Assembly: GCA_964019335.1 (NCBI GenBank)
Contig: OZ025651.1
Span: 496,001 to 560,000 of the forward strand
Length of the DNA stretch: 64,000 bases
Direction: 5' to 3'
Source of the DNA: Diplonema japonicum
Lineage: Eukaryota > Protista > Euglenozoa: Diplonemea
Under the pieces are notes generated by a model. That model was given only the letters and a program-made list of their open reading frames with translations, did not search any database and was not told the DNA's origin. Position 1 is the stretch's first letter; each line of letters starts with the position of its first letter. Shown one piece after another: positions 54,864 through 64,000 of the stretch. The translations under genes and the position numbers were made by a program.

Positions 54864-57731
54864 CTACGGTGCGTACTGTCCGACCAGCTTCTTGACAGTC
54901 GTTGTGATGGACGCGGTGCTTCTAGGCGGCTGTGCATCGAGGTCTTGGTACGCGAGTGCCGAGGCGGAGGTGGCGGTGGGCTCGCCGACTGCCCAGGCTT
55001 CGACGTCGGAGTGGTGCGAGATCTTTTGGAGAATGTCCTTGCTGTTGAGGGGCGGGATGGACCTGGCATGGAGCGACACGCTATCGGTCCCCCCCGTCAG
55101 CAGAAGGATGAATGGTATCTTGTCAGTCAGCGGCAGTTTCTCGCCAACGCGTTCCAGCGCATCTAAGTCCATGCTGCCCCCTGGGAAGTCCTTGAAGTAG
55201 CTTCCGGTGCGGCCTTCCATTTCTGTTGTCAGTGTCTTGACTGTATCTTCCTCCGCTTCGCTCAGCGTCAGCACCGCTGTCTTCGCCGCTTTGGGCGTCG
55301 GTTTGGGTGCCACCATGATGGGCACAGGTACCTCCTCGTCCTCGATCATGGTTGGGATGACCACTCTGTGCGGCTCCTCGTCTTCTTCCTTGTCGATCGG
55401 TTCCACAGGTGGCCTGAACACCGGCATGTCCAATGGTGGTGTTTTTTTCACGCCCTCTCCGCTCGACACCGACTCTGCGTCCACCACCTCAAAGGCTTCG
55501 TCATGCGCCTCGTCCTTCAGCATCACTGCGCCAGGCGTTTTCATCTCCTTCACGATGGCCTCCGTAACTAGCTCTGTCTCGACAGGCATCGCTCGTGGTG
55601 TCATGACCCTTGACCCTTCCGCAGGCTTCACAACCTTTTGGGTAACTAATGTGTCGGGCTCGGTAGTAATGTCTTCCTTCCTGCGTGTTGCCACGCTGCC
55701 TGCTGCAGGGGTCTTCTTCGGTGCTGAAGGACGTGTCTTCTCCTCCTCCGCCACTGCCACCGGTGATGCGGATGAGGGTGCAAATACGACCTCAGCTGGT
55801 TCAGGCAGCGGTTTGTCAGTGGGTGCTGTCTCCAAGACAGGTGCCTCTGGAGGCAGGGGTGCTGACACCGCAGGTTTATAAACAGGTGACGGTTCTTTTA
55901 CTGGCGGGTCCTCCTGTGCTGGGGTCTGAACTAACGACGGATTCTCAGGTGCTGGTGTTGGTGCTGGTGTCGAAACCTTTACGGGCAAGATTGAAGGTGG
56001 TGGAACATCTTCTGTTGTTTTTGATGTGGTGGTTCCAATTTCATCAGCTACAGGCGTCAATGGTGGGGAATCTTCTTTGTTTGCGTCAGCCTGTTGTTTC
56101 GCTTCCTCCTTTTGTTTCTTTTCCTCCATTTTCTGCATCACCTTCTTTGTTCTTTCTGCTTCTTCTTCCTTTTGCAATTTTTGCCTCTCTTCTATTTCTT
56201 GGTTTTCCTTCTTTGTCCTTTCCTCCTCCCTTTCCCTTCCTGCCGCTTCTTCTCTTTGTTTTTTCTCCCGTTCCAGTTTTTCCTTCTCTTCCATTTCTTG
56301 TTGCCTTTGCTCTTCTTCTTTTTGTTTCCTTTCTTTTTCCAGTTTCTCCGCTCGCTTCTGCTCTTCTTCCTGTTCTCTTTGCTTCCTTTCCCGTTCAATT
56401 CTTTCTTCTTCTTGTTTCTTTTTGTTGTCCAATCTTTCTTTCTCCAATCTCTCCTTTTCCTCCATTTCCTGTTTTTCCTTCCTCCTCCTCTCTTCTTGTT
56501 GTCTTTCTTCTTCCTCCTTTCGCTTCCTTTCTGCTTCTATTTTTTCTTCCTCTTCCTTTTGCCTTTTTTCGTTTTCCAATTTTTCTTTCTCGAGCCTCTC
56601 CTTCTCTTCCATTTCTAGTTTCTCCTTCCTCTTCTTTTCTTCTTGTTGTTTTTCCTCTTCTTCCCTTCGCTTCCTTTCTGCTTCCATTTTTTCTTCCTCT
56701 GCCTTTTGCCTTATATCGTTTTCTAATTTTTCTCTTTCAAGCGTCTCTTTCTCTTCTATTTCTAGTTTCTCTTTTCTCTTCTTTTCTTCGTCCTCAGCCT
56801 CAAAGGCAGGAGGAGAGGGGGGTTTGAAATCAGACACGGGTCCTAACGTTGGAGTGCGAATGCCCGACCTTTCCGGGAGAGCCTGTTGTTGTTGTTGCTG
56901 CTGCTGCATGTTTAGCGGGGTGAAGAGGGTTGTGGAAGAACTCACAAGGGTAGGCCGTGGGAGCCTATCGTGTAGGTTCTTCTTTTTGCGGGGTTTTTTC
57001 TTCTCTTTTTTTTCCTTTTTGTGCCTCTTCTTCTTTTTCTTTCCGGAAGACGAAGAAGAAGAAGAAGAAGACGACGACGATGACGATGAAGAAGACGACC
57101 GATAAAGCACCGACGCAATGTGCGGCCAAATTGTCCGAAATTTTCTTTCATCCTCCTCAGAAGGACTTGAACCACCAAAGAAGTCCTTCTGCCCAAGAGA
57201 TGCTCCGAAGGTCTCGGTCAGCGCTTTGCATATTACATCACTGTTCAGATCTTTCGAAGGTTTAACCTTGAGGGCTTTTGAAACAGTTGACACAGACCGC
57301 TTACTGATGGGAAACATGGGTGGGGGTTTTGCAGCTTGTTTCTCTTTTCTCTCCTGCACTGTGAGGCGTAGAGTGGATACTTCGCTGCGAAGCTTTGTCA
57401 GGTAAGCTTGCACTGAATCGATTTCTTTGAAGTATCGGTCCTCCGTGATGAGCAAAGATGCCTTTAGATCTTCGATTGCAGTCTGTTCTTCCGTGATTTG
57501 CTGGTATACGTCCTTTGCAACCGGTTGTTTCTTCTGCTTTTTTTGTTGTTTTAGGATTTCGTGTTGTTTTTTCAGGTTCTCGGCATGCTTCCTCAGCAGC
57601 ATCTCCTTCTCCGTTTCAGTTTCATTTGTGGAATTGTAGATACTCGCGTTTAAGTCTATCGCGCGCCGTACTGCAGCCTTGCTTGAAGTTGGCCTTAGCA
57701 CACCTTCCCGGGTGTTAGGCAAATGGTACAT
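54864..57731 (-). CDS. Large low-complexity protein (coiled coil, poly-Ser, E/K/R repeats, Pro-rich linker)
   Basis: 955-aa ORF with AAATG start and tandem EEEKRKEKLE-like repeats. Confidence 0.8.
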   Translation of the reverse strand: MYHLPNTREGVLRPTSSKAAVRRAIDLNASIYNSTNETETEKEMLLRKHAENLKKQHEILKQQKKQKKQPVAKDVYQQITEEQTAIEDLKASLLITEDRYFKEIDSVQAYLTKLRSEVSTLRLTVQERKEKQAAKPPPMFPISKRSVSTVSKALKVKPSKDLNSDVICKALTETFGASLGQKDFFGGSSPSEEDERKFRTIWPHIASVLYRSSSSSSSSSSSSSSSSSSGKKKKKRHKKEKKEKKKPRKKKNLHDRLPRPTLVSSSTTLFTPLNMQQQQQQQQALPERSGIRTPTLGPVSDFKPPSPPAFEAEDEEKKRKEKLEIEEKETLEREKLENDIRQKAEEEKMEAERKRREEEEKQQEEKKRKEKLEMEEKERLEKEKLENEKRQKEEEEKIEAERKRKEEEERQQEERRRKEKQEMEEKERLEKERLDNKKKQEEERIERERKQREQEEEQKRAEKLEKERKQKEEEQRQQEMEEKEKLEREKKQREEAAGREREEERTKKENQEIEERQKLQKEEEAERTKKVMQKMEEKKQKEEAKQQADANKEDSPPLTPVADEIGTTTSKTTEDVPPPSILPVKVSTPAPTPAPENPSLVQTPAQEDPPVKEPSPVYKPAVSAPLPPEAPVLETAPTDKPLPEPAEVVFAPSSASPVAVAEEEKTRPSAPKKTPAAGSVATRRKEDITTEPDTLVTQKVVKPAEGSRVMTPRAMPVETELVTEAIVKEMKTPGAVMLKDEAHDEAFEVVDAESVSSGEGVKKTPPLDMPVFRPPVEPIDKEEDEEPHRVVIPTMIEDEEVPVPIMVAPKPTPKAAKTAVLTLSEAEEDTVKTLTTEMEGRTGSYFKDFPGGSMDLDALERVGEKLPLTDKIPFILLLTGGTDSVSLHARSIPPLNSKDILQKISHHSDVEAWAVGEPTATSASALAYQDLDAQPPRSTASITTTVKKLVGQYAP

Positions 57732-58446
57732 TTCTTTTTTTCCAGACCCCCTATTTTGCTTGAAGTGTTAAGGAGGGGGGGGGATGAAAAAGAAAAGTAT
57801 ATAACCATACCAGAGAGGGGGGGGGGGGGGGGGGTAGTTGTTCATTCCTTTTACACTTTTTTGTTGTCCTTTCTCGATCCCTTTTTTATTTTTTTTCTTT
57901 TTTTTTTCTTCCAAAACGCTGTCAATAAATTAATTTTCATAATATAATTTTGTTCCCCCGCAGGATGGAGGGGCTTTTTTGTTCGTTTTGTAAAAAAGAA
58001 ATTAAAAGAAAAGTAAAAATACTGGGTCATTTTTTACCCCAGGTGTTTTTTTTTTTTTTTTTTTTTTTCTTCTTATAGATTCATACATTCAAAAAAAAAA
58101 AAAAAAATGGCGCCACGCGTGGGGTGGGCTCTCCACCCGTCCAGGCTTCCTCACGTAAAAAGGGAACTTTTGTTGGAAAATAAAAAAAAGAGGGGGGGGA
58201 AAGGAAAATAAAAAAGAGACATTTAAGGGTACCTGCGGTATGTGGCAGGACGCCTTAAAAAAGAGACATTTAAAAAATGCATCGTTAATTTCCCCGCGGT
58301 ATGGGATGTGCAGAACAACAAAAACGCACACAAAAAAAAAAGAATCTACCTCGCAGGGGAGAAAAAAAAAAGACGGGGTCAAAGCGCCTTTTTTCTCTCT
58401 TTTATATACCCCCCCCCCCTCCCCCATCACCCTCCTTACCCAATCC

Positions 58447-59961
58447 TCACCATGGGTCTGGGTATGATGATGTCTTTGCCAGTTTGAAGGTATTCAACAA
58501 ATCCTTGACTTCAGTGTCCCCAAGCTCGTTCACATAAGAAAATGTGATCTCGTTCTTTGGGGTCTTTTTGAGCATAACGCTGTAGGTCTTCACATAAGGG
58601 GGTGCTCCGAGATGCGCAAGAAGCCTTTTGGAGAAATGAGGCGCGAGACCATGGGGATGGAATATCACCCACGCCTCGTGCTTGGTTTGCGTCGCAAGTT
58701 TTTCAAGCGCTTGACGTGTCTGCGGTGTGTCCTCATCGGCATGGATGATGCAGTGTTTGGTTTTTTGGCTTGGTGAGGCCTTCTCGCCCTTGATGCACAG
58801 CTTGACGTAGATTTGAGGTGTGGACTCGATTACGGTTCCAGCAGGAGGGACGTGAGCAGAGTCAGAGTCGTCGCCCAGTTCATACAATGGCCAGCTGTCT
58901 TGAATAGCGACCTTTTCGTACTTTTTAACCATTCTTGCGTCGCCGTTCTTCTCAACAAACCCGTCATAACCCGCTTTTTGCGCAAGCTTTGCAAGATCTG
59001 CGAACGAAAACCAGTGTCTCCCGTGTATCAACGCGCTTGGAGAGGTACGCCCTCCCGAGTACCCGTACCTGCTACGCTTGTAGGGTACCTCTGGAGGGGT
59101 GTACGGTTTTGCTTGGTGCGCGCCGGACTTGTACAGGTAAAGAGGCCAAGAGGAACCTTTGTTTTTGAGGTTTCCAAGCTTGAACACAAACCGGGCGTGC
59201 TGCCCGTTGTTGTGGAGCACGAAACCGTTGCAGTGCTGCTTCTCGGCGCCAAGAGAGGCGAGGTGGTGGATGTCACGGAAATCCTTTCCTTTGCGAAGCA
59301 TGGGTCCTGTCTTGGTTTCGTCTCCGATGGACTTGTCCGACATGTAGTATTCCCGTTTTGGCTTCGGGTGTTGTTGTTGTTGCTGTTGTTGTTGGTGTGT
59401 CGATTTTTGCTTAAAGCTGTCCCTGAAGTTGTTGAAACCACCTGTGTTGGTTCTCTGTCGTTGTTGTTGTTGTTGGCGATGTCCACCACCGCCACCGCCG
59501 AAGTTGAAATTGAAACCGCCTCCTCCGAAATTGAAGCCGGATCCGCCGCCGCTTCTCCGTCCACCACCTCCACCTCCGAAATTGAAGCCGGATTCGCCGC
59601 CGCTTCTCCGTCCACCACCTCCACCTCCGAAATTGAAGCCTCCGAACCCTGAGTTTTGTTTCTTGTTTCCGTTTTCGTCCATCCTCCCAAGGTCGTAGTC
59701 CTCCTTTTTCTTCGGGTCCGACAGTGTGGTGTAGGCCGCGTTGATCTTCTTGATCTTCTCTGTGGAGTCCTTGTCCTTTGACACATCAGGGTGGTACTTC
59801 CTTGCCAGCTTTTTGTAGTTCTTCTTGATATCGTCTTGGTTTGCCCCTCGCTTCAGGCCCAGGACCTTGTAGTAGTCCGGAGGCTTCGGCTGCGCCCCTT
59901 CCGCAGACCCCACAGACAATACCAGCAACACCAAAATTGATGATCTCCAAAACATTGCCAT
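58447..59961 (-). CDS. DnaJ (J-domain) protein with signal peptide and G/F-rich region
   Basis: DYYKVLG, KYHPD, INAAY..LSD...YD and GGFNFGGG repeats; ATG 59961. Confidence 0.92.
   Translation of the reverse strand: MAMFWRSSILVLLVLSVGSAEGAQPKPPDYYKVLGLKRGANQDDIKKNYKKLARKYHPDVSKDKDSTEKIKKINAAYTTLSDPKKKEDYDLGRMDENGNKKQNSGFGGFNFGGGGGGRRSGGESGFNFGGGGGGRRSGGGSGFNFGGGGFNFNFGGGGGGHRQQQQQRQRTNTGGFNNFRDSFKQKSTHQQQQQQQQHPKPKREYYMSDKSIGDETKTGPMLRKGKDFRDIHHLASLGAEKQHCNGFVLHNNGQHARFVFKLGNLKNKGSSWPLYLYKSGAHQAKPYTPPEVPYKRSRYGYSGGRTSPSALIHGRHWFSFADLAKLAQKAGYDGFVEKNGDARMVKKYEKVAIQDSWPLYELGDDSDSAHVPPAGTVIESTPQIYVKLCIKGEKASPSQKTKHCIIHADEDTPQTRQALEKLATQTKHEAWVIFHPHGLAPHFSKRLLAHLGAPPYVKTYSVMLKKTPKNEITFSYVNELGDTEVKDLLNTFKLAKTSSYPDPW
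59522..59640. repeat. 51-bp coding tandem repeat in DnaJ G/F region
   Basis: CCTCCGAAATTGAAGCC recurs at 59522, 59573 and 59624. Confidence 0.85.
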
Positions 59962-60476
59962 GAATGTCTCCCCCTCTCCTCCCACCACCCTCTTCTGTTT
60001 TTGTTGTGGGGGGGGGGGGGGGGGGGGTTATGCGGCAAAAAGACAATCCCTGGAAGCCTGCTTGGGAAGGAGTGAGAGGATCAACAAACACACCAAGGGA
60101 AGCACACGAGGCTTCTTTGTGAATCCCCTCCCTTGTATTTAGTCCGCAGATGTGGTAGATGGACTCTGTCGGGGAAGAAAAAAAAAATGTCTAGAAAAAT
60201 GTTCGCGAAAAAAAAAATAAACCCCCAGGACGCTTCGGAGGACTGGATAGTTTTCCTTCCAAACATTTTGTTTACAGTCCGTGTTATAAAGAAAAGAAGG
60301 AGGGGGGGGCAATAAGGGGGTGCAGTTACGGGGAATACACGGGAAGACAAGACGGCGAACAGAAGAAGAAGAAAAAAAAACCAAGAGAAAAAAAGGAAAG
60401 GACGACTAAAAACGAAGGCAAACAAAAAAAAAAAGAGAAATAGAAAGAGAACAAAAAAAAGAAAAAGAAACACTCT

Positions 60477-63400
60477 TTAGAAAGAAAACAGATACTTGTC
60501 CACCAGCATGGCAGACTGGTATGGATGGAAGCAGGTTGCAGCCGTAGCGAGCTGTGGTTGTTAAGAATTTAAAGGGAAAAAAAAAAAAAAGAAACCTTGG
60601 GCAAAGCAGCTTCGCCAAGAAGCTCATTCCGAGTGGAGAGTATTTCGACCTTACCAGATTGGTTGCCGCCCGCATAGCCGCAGAAGAAGAGGGGATATGT
60701 GTGGTGGAGGTGCCCGAACTGTATATGTGTATGCTTTCTCCCCCCCCCCCCCCCCTTCTCTTAAACAAATTTCACACCGTTAGGCTTTTGCTTTTGTAGG
60801 CATCGATATTCCTGCACTCAGTTCGGGCAGATCGGAGGTCCCACACTTTAATGGCGCCGCTCTTGTGCATAGAATAAAGGTGATGGCTAGTCATTCTCAT
60901 GTACAAGTCGACGACTGGATCATGCGGCCCAGTAGAGAGGAACCATGCGAACAGGTGGTGTGCATCCCCTGACCTCGCGTCCCAGTACCTCACGGAACCG
61001 TCTTCGAACCCTCCGGCGATCTGTGAGTTTTTTTTTTCCTTTTTTATTTTTTTTATTCCTACCGATCTGGACCCTGCATCGTCTGTTCGAAGGGCGTTCA
61101 GCCCCACTGCCCGTGCAGGCAGGCTGATGCATTGCTGCAGCCTTTCTTCTTCCATCGAGAATATCGATACTTTCCTGCAAGAGAGAAAAAAAAAACATGA
61201 TATGGAAAAGAAAAAAAAAGGGAAAAGAAATCGCATACATAGCATCTCCGGAGTATACCAGAGCATGGCCGGAAGGCTGCCAATCCGCGCAGACCCTTTT
61301 GGGGTCCCGGGAAGCACTGAAAGCGGTGTCGAGGTGCATGGGGCCCTGGAAAAGAAAGAAGAAATTGTACCCCTGTCCCCATGTCCGCATACCTTCCCCC
61401 CCTGTCCTGGTCCGGAGTAAACGCTTATGCCACCTGAGGCGTCAGTCACGAGAAGGGACACTACATCAGCCCCTTCATTCATGAGGAAGGTATGTGTCAT
61501 CTTCGACTCAACAGGGTGCTGCGTTTGGCTCAGGACGGACCCGTTCCCAATATCCACCAGAGAAATCTTATTGGCAGCGTCTGCAAAGACAGCTTGCTGG
61601 GTGAAAGCCCTGAAGTTAGATGAGATGATGGGAGCCGCAGAGTTGAAAACAGGGGTCACCTGGATACTCTCCTTCGGTACCTTCTCTGCAGGCCCCGATA
61701 ATGACGGCAGAAAGGACTTTTCAGAAGCCCTGTTCAGATACGTCTGAAGTGTGTCTTTATTCAGCTGTTCTCTGAATTTCCTCTTCTCCAGTGAGGACAC
61801 GGGCTCCTCGACACGGAAGAGCGGCTTCTCCAGCTGGCACTGCATGATGTTGAACAGCCTGCTCTGCGGTGGGTCCTCCGAGTTGCTTAGCGTTTTCACC
61901 ATCTGCCGGATCTTCGCGTCCAGAAGCGGGTACGAGTCGGCGCCCATCTTCGCCAGCATTTCTGCGACGTCAGCAATCAGCCTGATCTGCAGATCGACCA
62001 GGTCCACATCATCGCCCTCACCCTCTCCGTACTGCAGTAAGTCTTCTCCTTGCATGTCCCGTGAAGGCGCTTGCAACAACGGCAGCTGGTGTTCCTTCCC
62101 CAAGCTCTGGTAGTTGGTAGTAGGGTTGTCTGCGTGGAGCAGCGATTTTGTGTCAGGCTTCTGCAGCAGACCCTCTTTCCCCCGCAGCTCTCCGGCTGAG
62201 GGCGGTATCTTGTACGCAACAAAGTAGCACGCCAGCGCATGCAGCACCTCCTCCCGCACCAGCGGCGATGGGTCATCTGCTACCTGCAGAAAGTAGCCCA
62301 GGATTGTTACGTCTGTGTACAGGTACGACGAGTGCTTCTTCGTAGCACCAAGACCCACCAGCTGCGACAGGCAGTAGCATGCTGCGGCCCTCACCTGCTG
62401 CGAGGCGTCTGAGAGGAGCGGTTTGAGCACATTGATGTGTACCTCCCTCCCTATGAGGCAGTGCTCCATGGCGACAGGGATATCTTTCACCAGCTTCGCG
62501 AGGCATATGCAGGACCAGGCCTGGAGCTGTGCGTTCGATGAAGTCAAGCACTCAAGTAGTGGGGGTAGTACACCCCAGTTCCAGAAGTGAACCTGTGCCT
62601 CATGTTTGCACCCCACCATGAGCACGCTCAGGATGAAACACACCATCGACTTGCACTGCTCGATCTTTGTCCCGTCCATGAAGGGCTGTGGCTCACAACC
62701 CTTCTCGATGTTGGTAACAGGCTCGATGCCAGGTTCAGTCGTGCAGTCAAGAGCGGGACACAGCACTCTGAGGAACTTCCTCGCAGGCGGCGTCTGCGGG
62801 CGAATGAGGTCGAACAGCGTCAGCTCCGACGGGTCGACGATGAGGATCTTGGTCCAGATGACGACCATGTAGTTGACGAGGTCCGTCTGGTGCAGCAGCC
62901 TGCACAAGTACGGCATCACACCGCAGCTGAGGGCGTCGAGGACAGCCCAGGAGCCGAGGTCGAGGTACCGTGCGAGGAGGCGAAGGGACCTGACGCGGTA
63001 CTGGTGGGAAGAGAGGCCTTGGATGATGCATGGGAGCTGGTCGGGCGTGGGGCTGGCTTTGCACCCAAACTCGATCCATATTTCGAAGGCTGTGAGCTGT
63101 TCCGAGAAGAAGGTGGCAGGTTTGTAGCTGTAGGCAAGGTTGACAGTGAGGTCGGGGTTGAGCATTTTGGGGAGTTGTGAGAGGATGCCCTCGAGAGCGA
63201 GCTCCCAGGACTCCCACATGGGGTGGGTGTGGGTTTCGGGCAGCGGGGGGTGAGTGAGGGGAGTGCAACCGGTCTCACGCATGATGCGGTCTGCAAGGAG
63301 GAAGTTCCTGAACAAAGCAACGAGCAGCATGTCGTTCCGGGGACGGAACAGCCGGTGGAACAAGTCGCGGGGGAGGGTGCACCATGCGATGGCGTCAGTG

Positions 63401-64000
63401 ACGGCAGTGAAGATCCAGTTCAGCTCCCCAAGAGGCGTCTTACGGTCTGCAGCGACCCCAGGCACCGCTTGGATCATCTCCTTCGTGACGTTCGGGAGCA
63501 AACACTCCCTTTGAGAGTAATGGTAGTACCATTCAAGAGAAGCTCTGATAGGTGTGGTGAGACAGCTGGTGAGGAGGTCGGCAGGGAGCACAGGGTTAAG
63601 TGGGAGGTCTTCATGTCTCCTACATGCGCAGATTAGAATGTCTTTCTTCCGTGATTGATGGAAGTTGTGTTTGTACCAGTAGTGAAGAATCGCCCCTGCG
63701 TTGCTGCAGTCCAACACGTAAATGGCAGGCGACCCGACGCAGCCCATGATGTCGGTGATGGTGATGGGGATGTACTTTGTGTGGTCGGGGTCGAAGAACC
63801 ACAGTTCCCCGAATTGGGTGACGCGAGGCACCCCGTGGCCGTTGTAGTGGATGAGCACCCTGCTGTCTTTTGCCTTTTTGCGGATCGCCTGCAGATTGTA
63901 CTTCAGATCTTCTACAGATAGCTCGAGGCCCGGTTTGCAGATCACGTTTCTCTGAAGAGATTTATACTGCTCGCTTAGAAGCTCACCAATCACCTCGGAT
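60477..64000 (-). CDS. RPTOR: Raptor (TORC1 subunit), 5' end outside window; introns 61346-61392, 61175-61238, 61021-61062, 60719-60777, 60552-60595
   Basis: RNC motifs HYNGHGVP, DCSNAG, LPADLLTSCLTTP, GELNWIFTA.TD.IAW and FF.EQLTAFE; HEAT repeats; spliced WD40 tail ADWQPSG..YSGD, GGFEDGSVR.WD.R and CFHPY. Confidence 0.95.

Noticed and set aside
58210-58320. Short duplication AAAAAGAGACATTTAA...GCGGTATG
   Set aside because: Local degenerate tandem duplication in a spacer; no other copies or structure seen.
58420-59995. Imperfect G-rich direct repeats flanking the DnaJ gene (GAGGGTG(G/A)TGGG..GGAG..GGGGG)
   Set aside because: Low-complexity G/A sequence is common in these spacers, so it is not convincing as a TSD.
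37-63921. Numerous plus-strand ORFs (e.g. 37-597, 6789-7460, 18503-19603, 56026-57105)
   Set aside because: They are antisense shadows of GC-rich or low-complexity minus-strand genes and carry no motifs.
1-64000. tRNA, rRNA, snRNA or complete SL RNA genes; alternative genetic code
   Set aside because: No such RNA gene was recognised by eye. All three stop codons terminate genes normally, and apparent internal stops are explained by introns or TE decay.

Overview
Eukaryotic genomic DNA from a compact protist genome. About 35 protein-coding genes all lie on the minus strand, head to tail, separated by short spacers rich in homopolymer runs. This layout suggests polycistronic transcription and trans-splicing. 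Together with short GT(AT)-AG introns and a GAF-GAF phosphodiesterase, it points to a euglenozoan, probably a diplonemid (inference). Recognisable products: ankyrin/coiled-coil protein, pectinacetylesterase/Notum-like hydrolase, cathepsin L-like protease, histidine phosphatase, TRAPPC12, purple acid phosphatase, MTHFS, Ser/Thr kinase, DEAH helicase, cAMP PDE, cyclophilin, ABCF, JMJD6, P1B heavy-metal ATPase, EF-hand protein, a stand-alone PurH IMP-cyclohydrolase-like domain, SLC35 transporter, DnaJ protein and Raptor. I rebuilt 15 introns of 32-68 nt by hand; many are A-rich with no polypyrimidine tract. Mobile DNA: a decayed APE-RT LINE and a 5'-truncated relative sharing a C-terminal motif and a 3' hairpin, three copies of a Helentron/DINE-like non-autonomous element, a TA-flanked Tc1/mariner-type MITE, and a ~90-bp repeat pair bracketing one gene. 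The MTHFS gene is tightly enclosed by a perfect 22-bp direct repeat. All calls come from manual reading; no searches were run.
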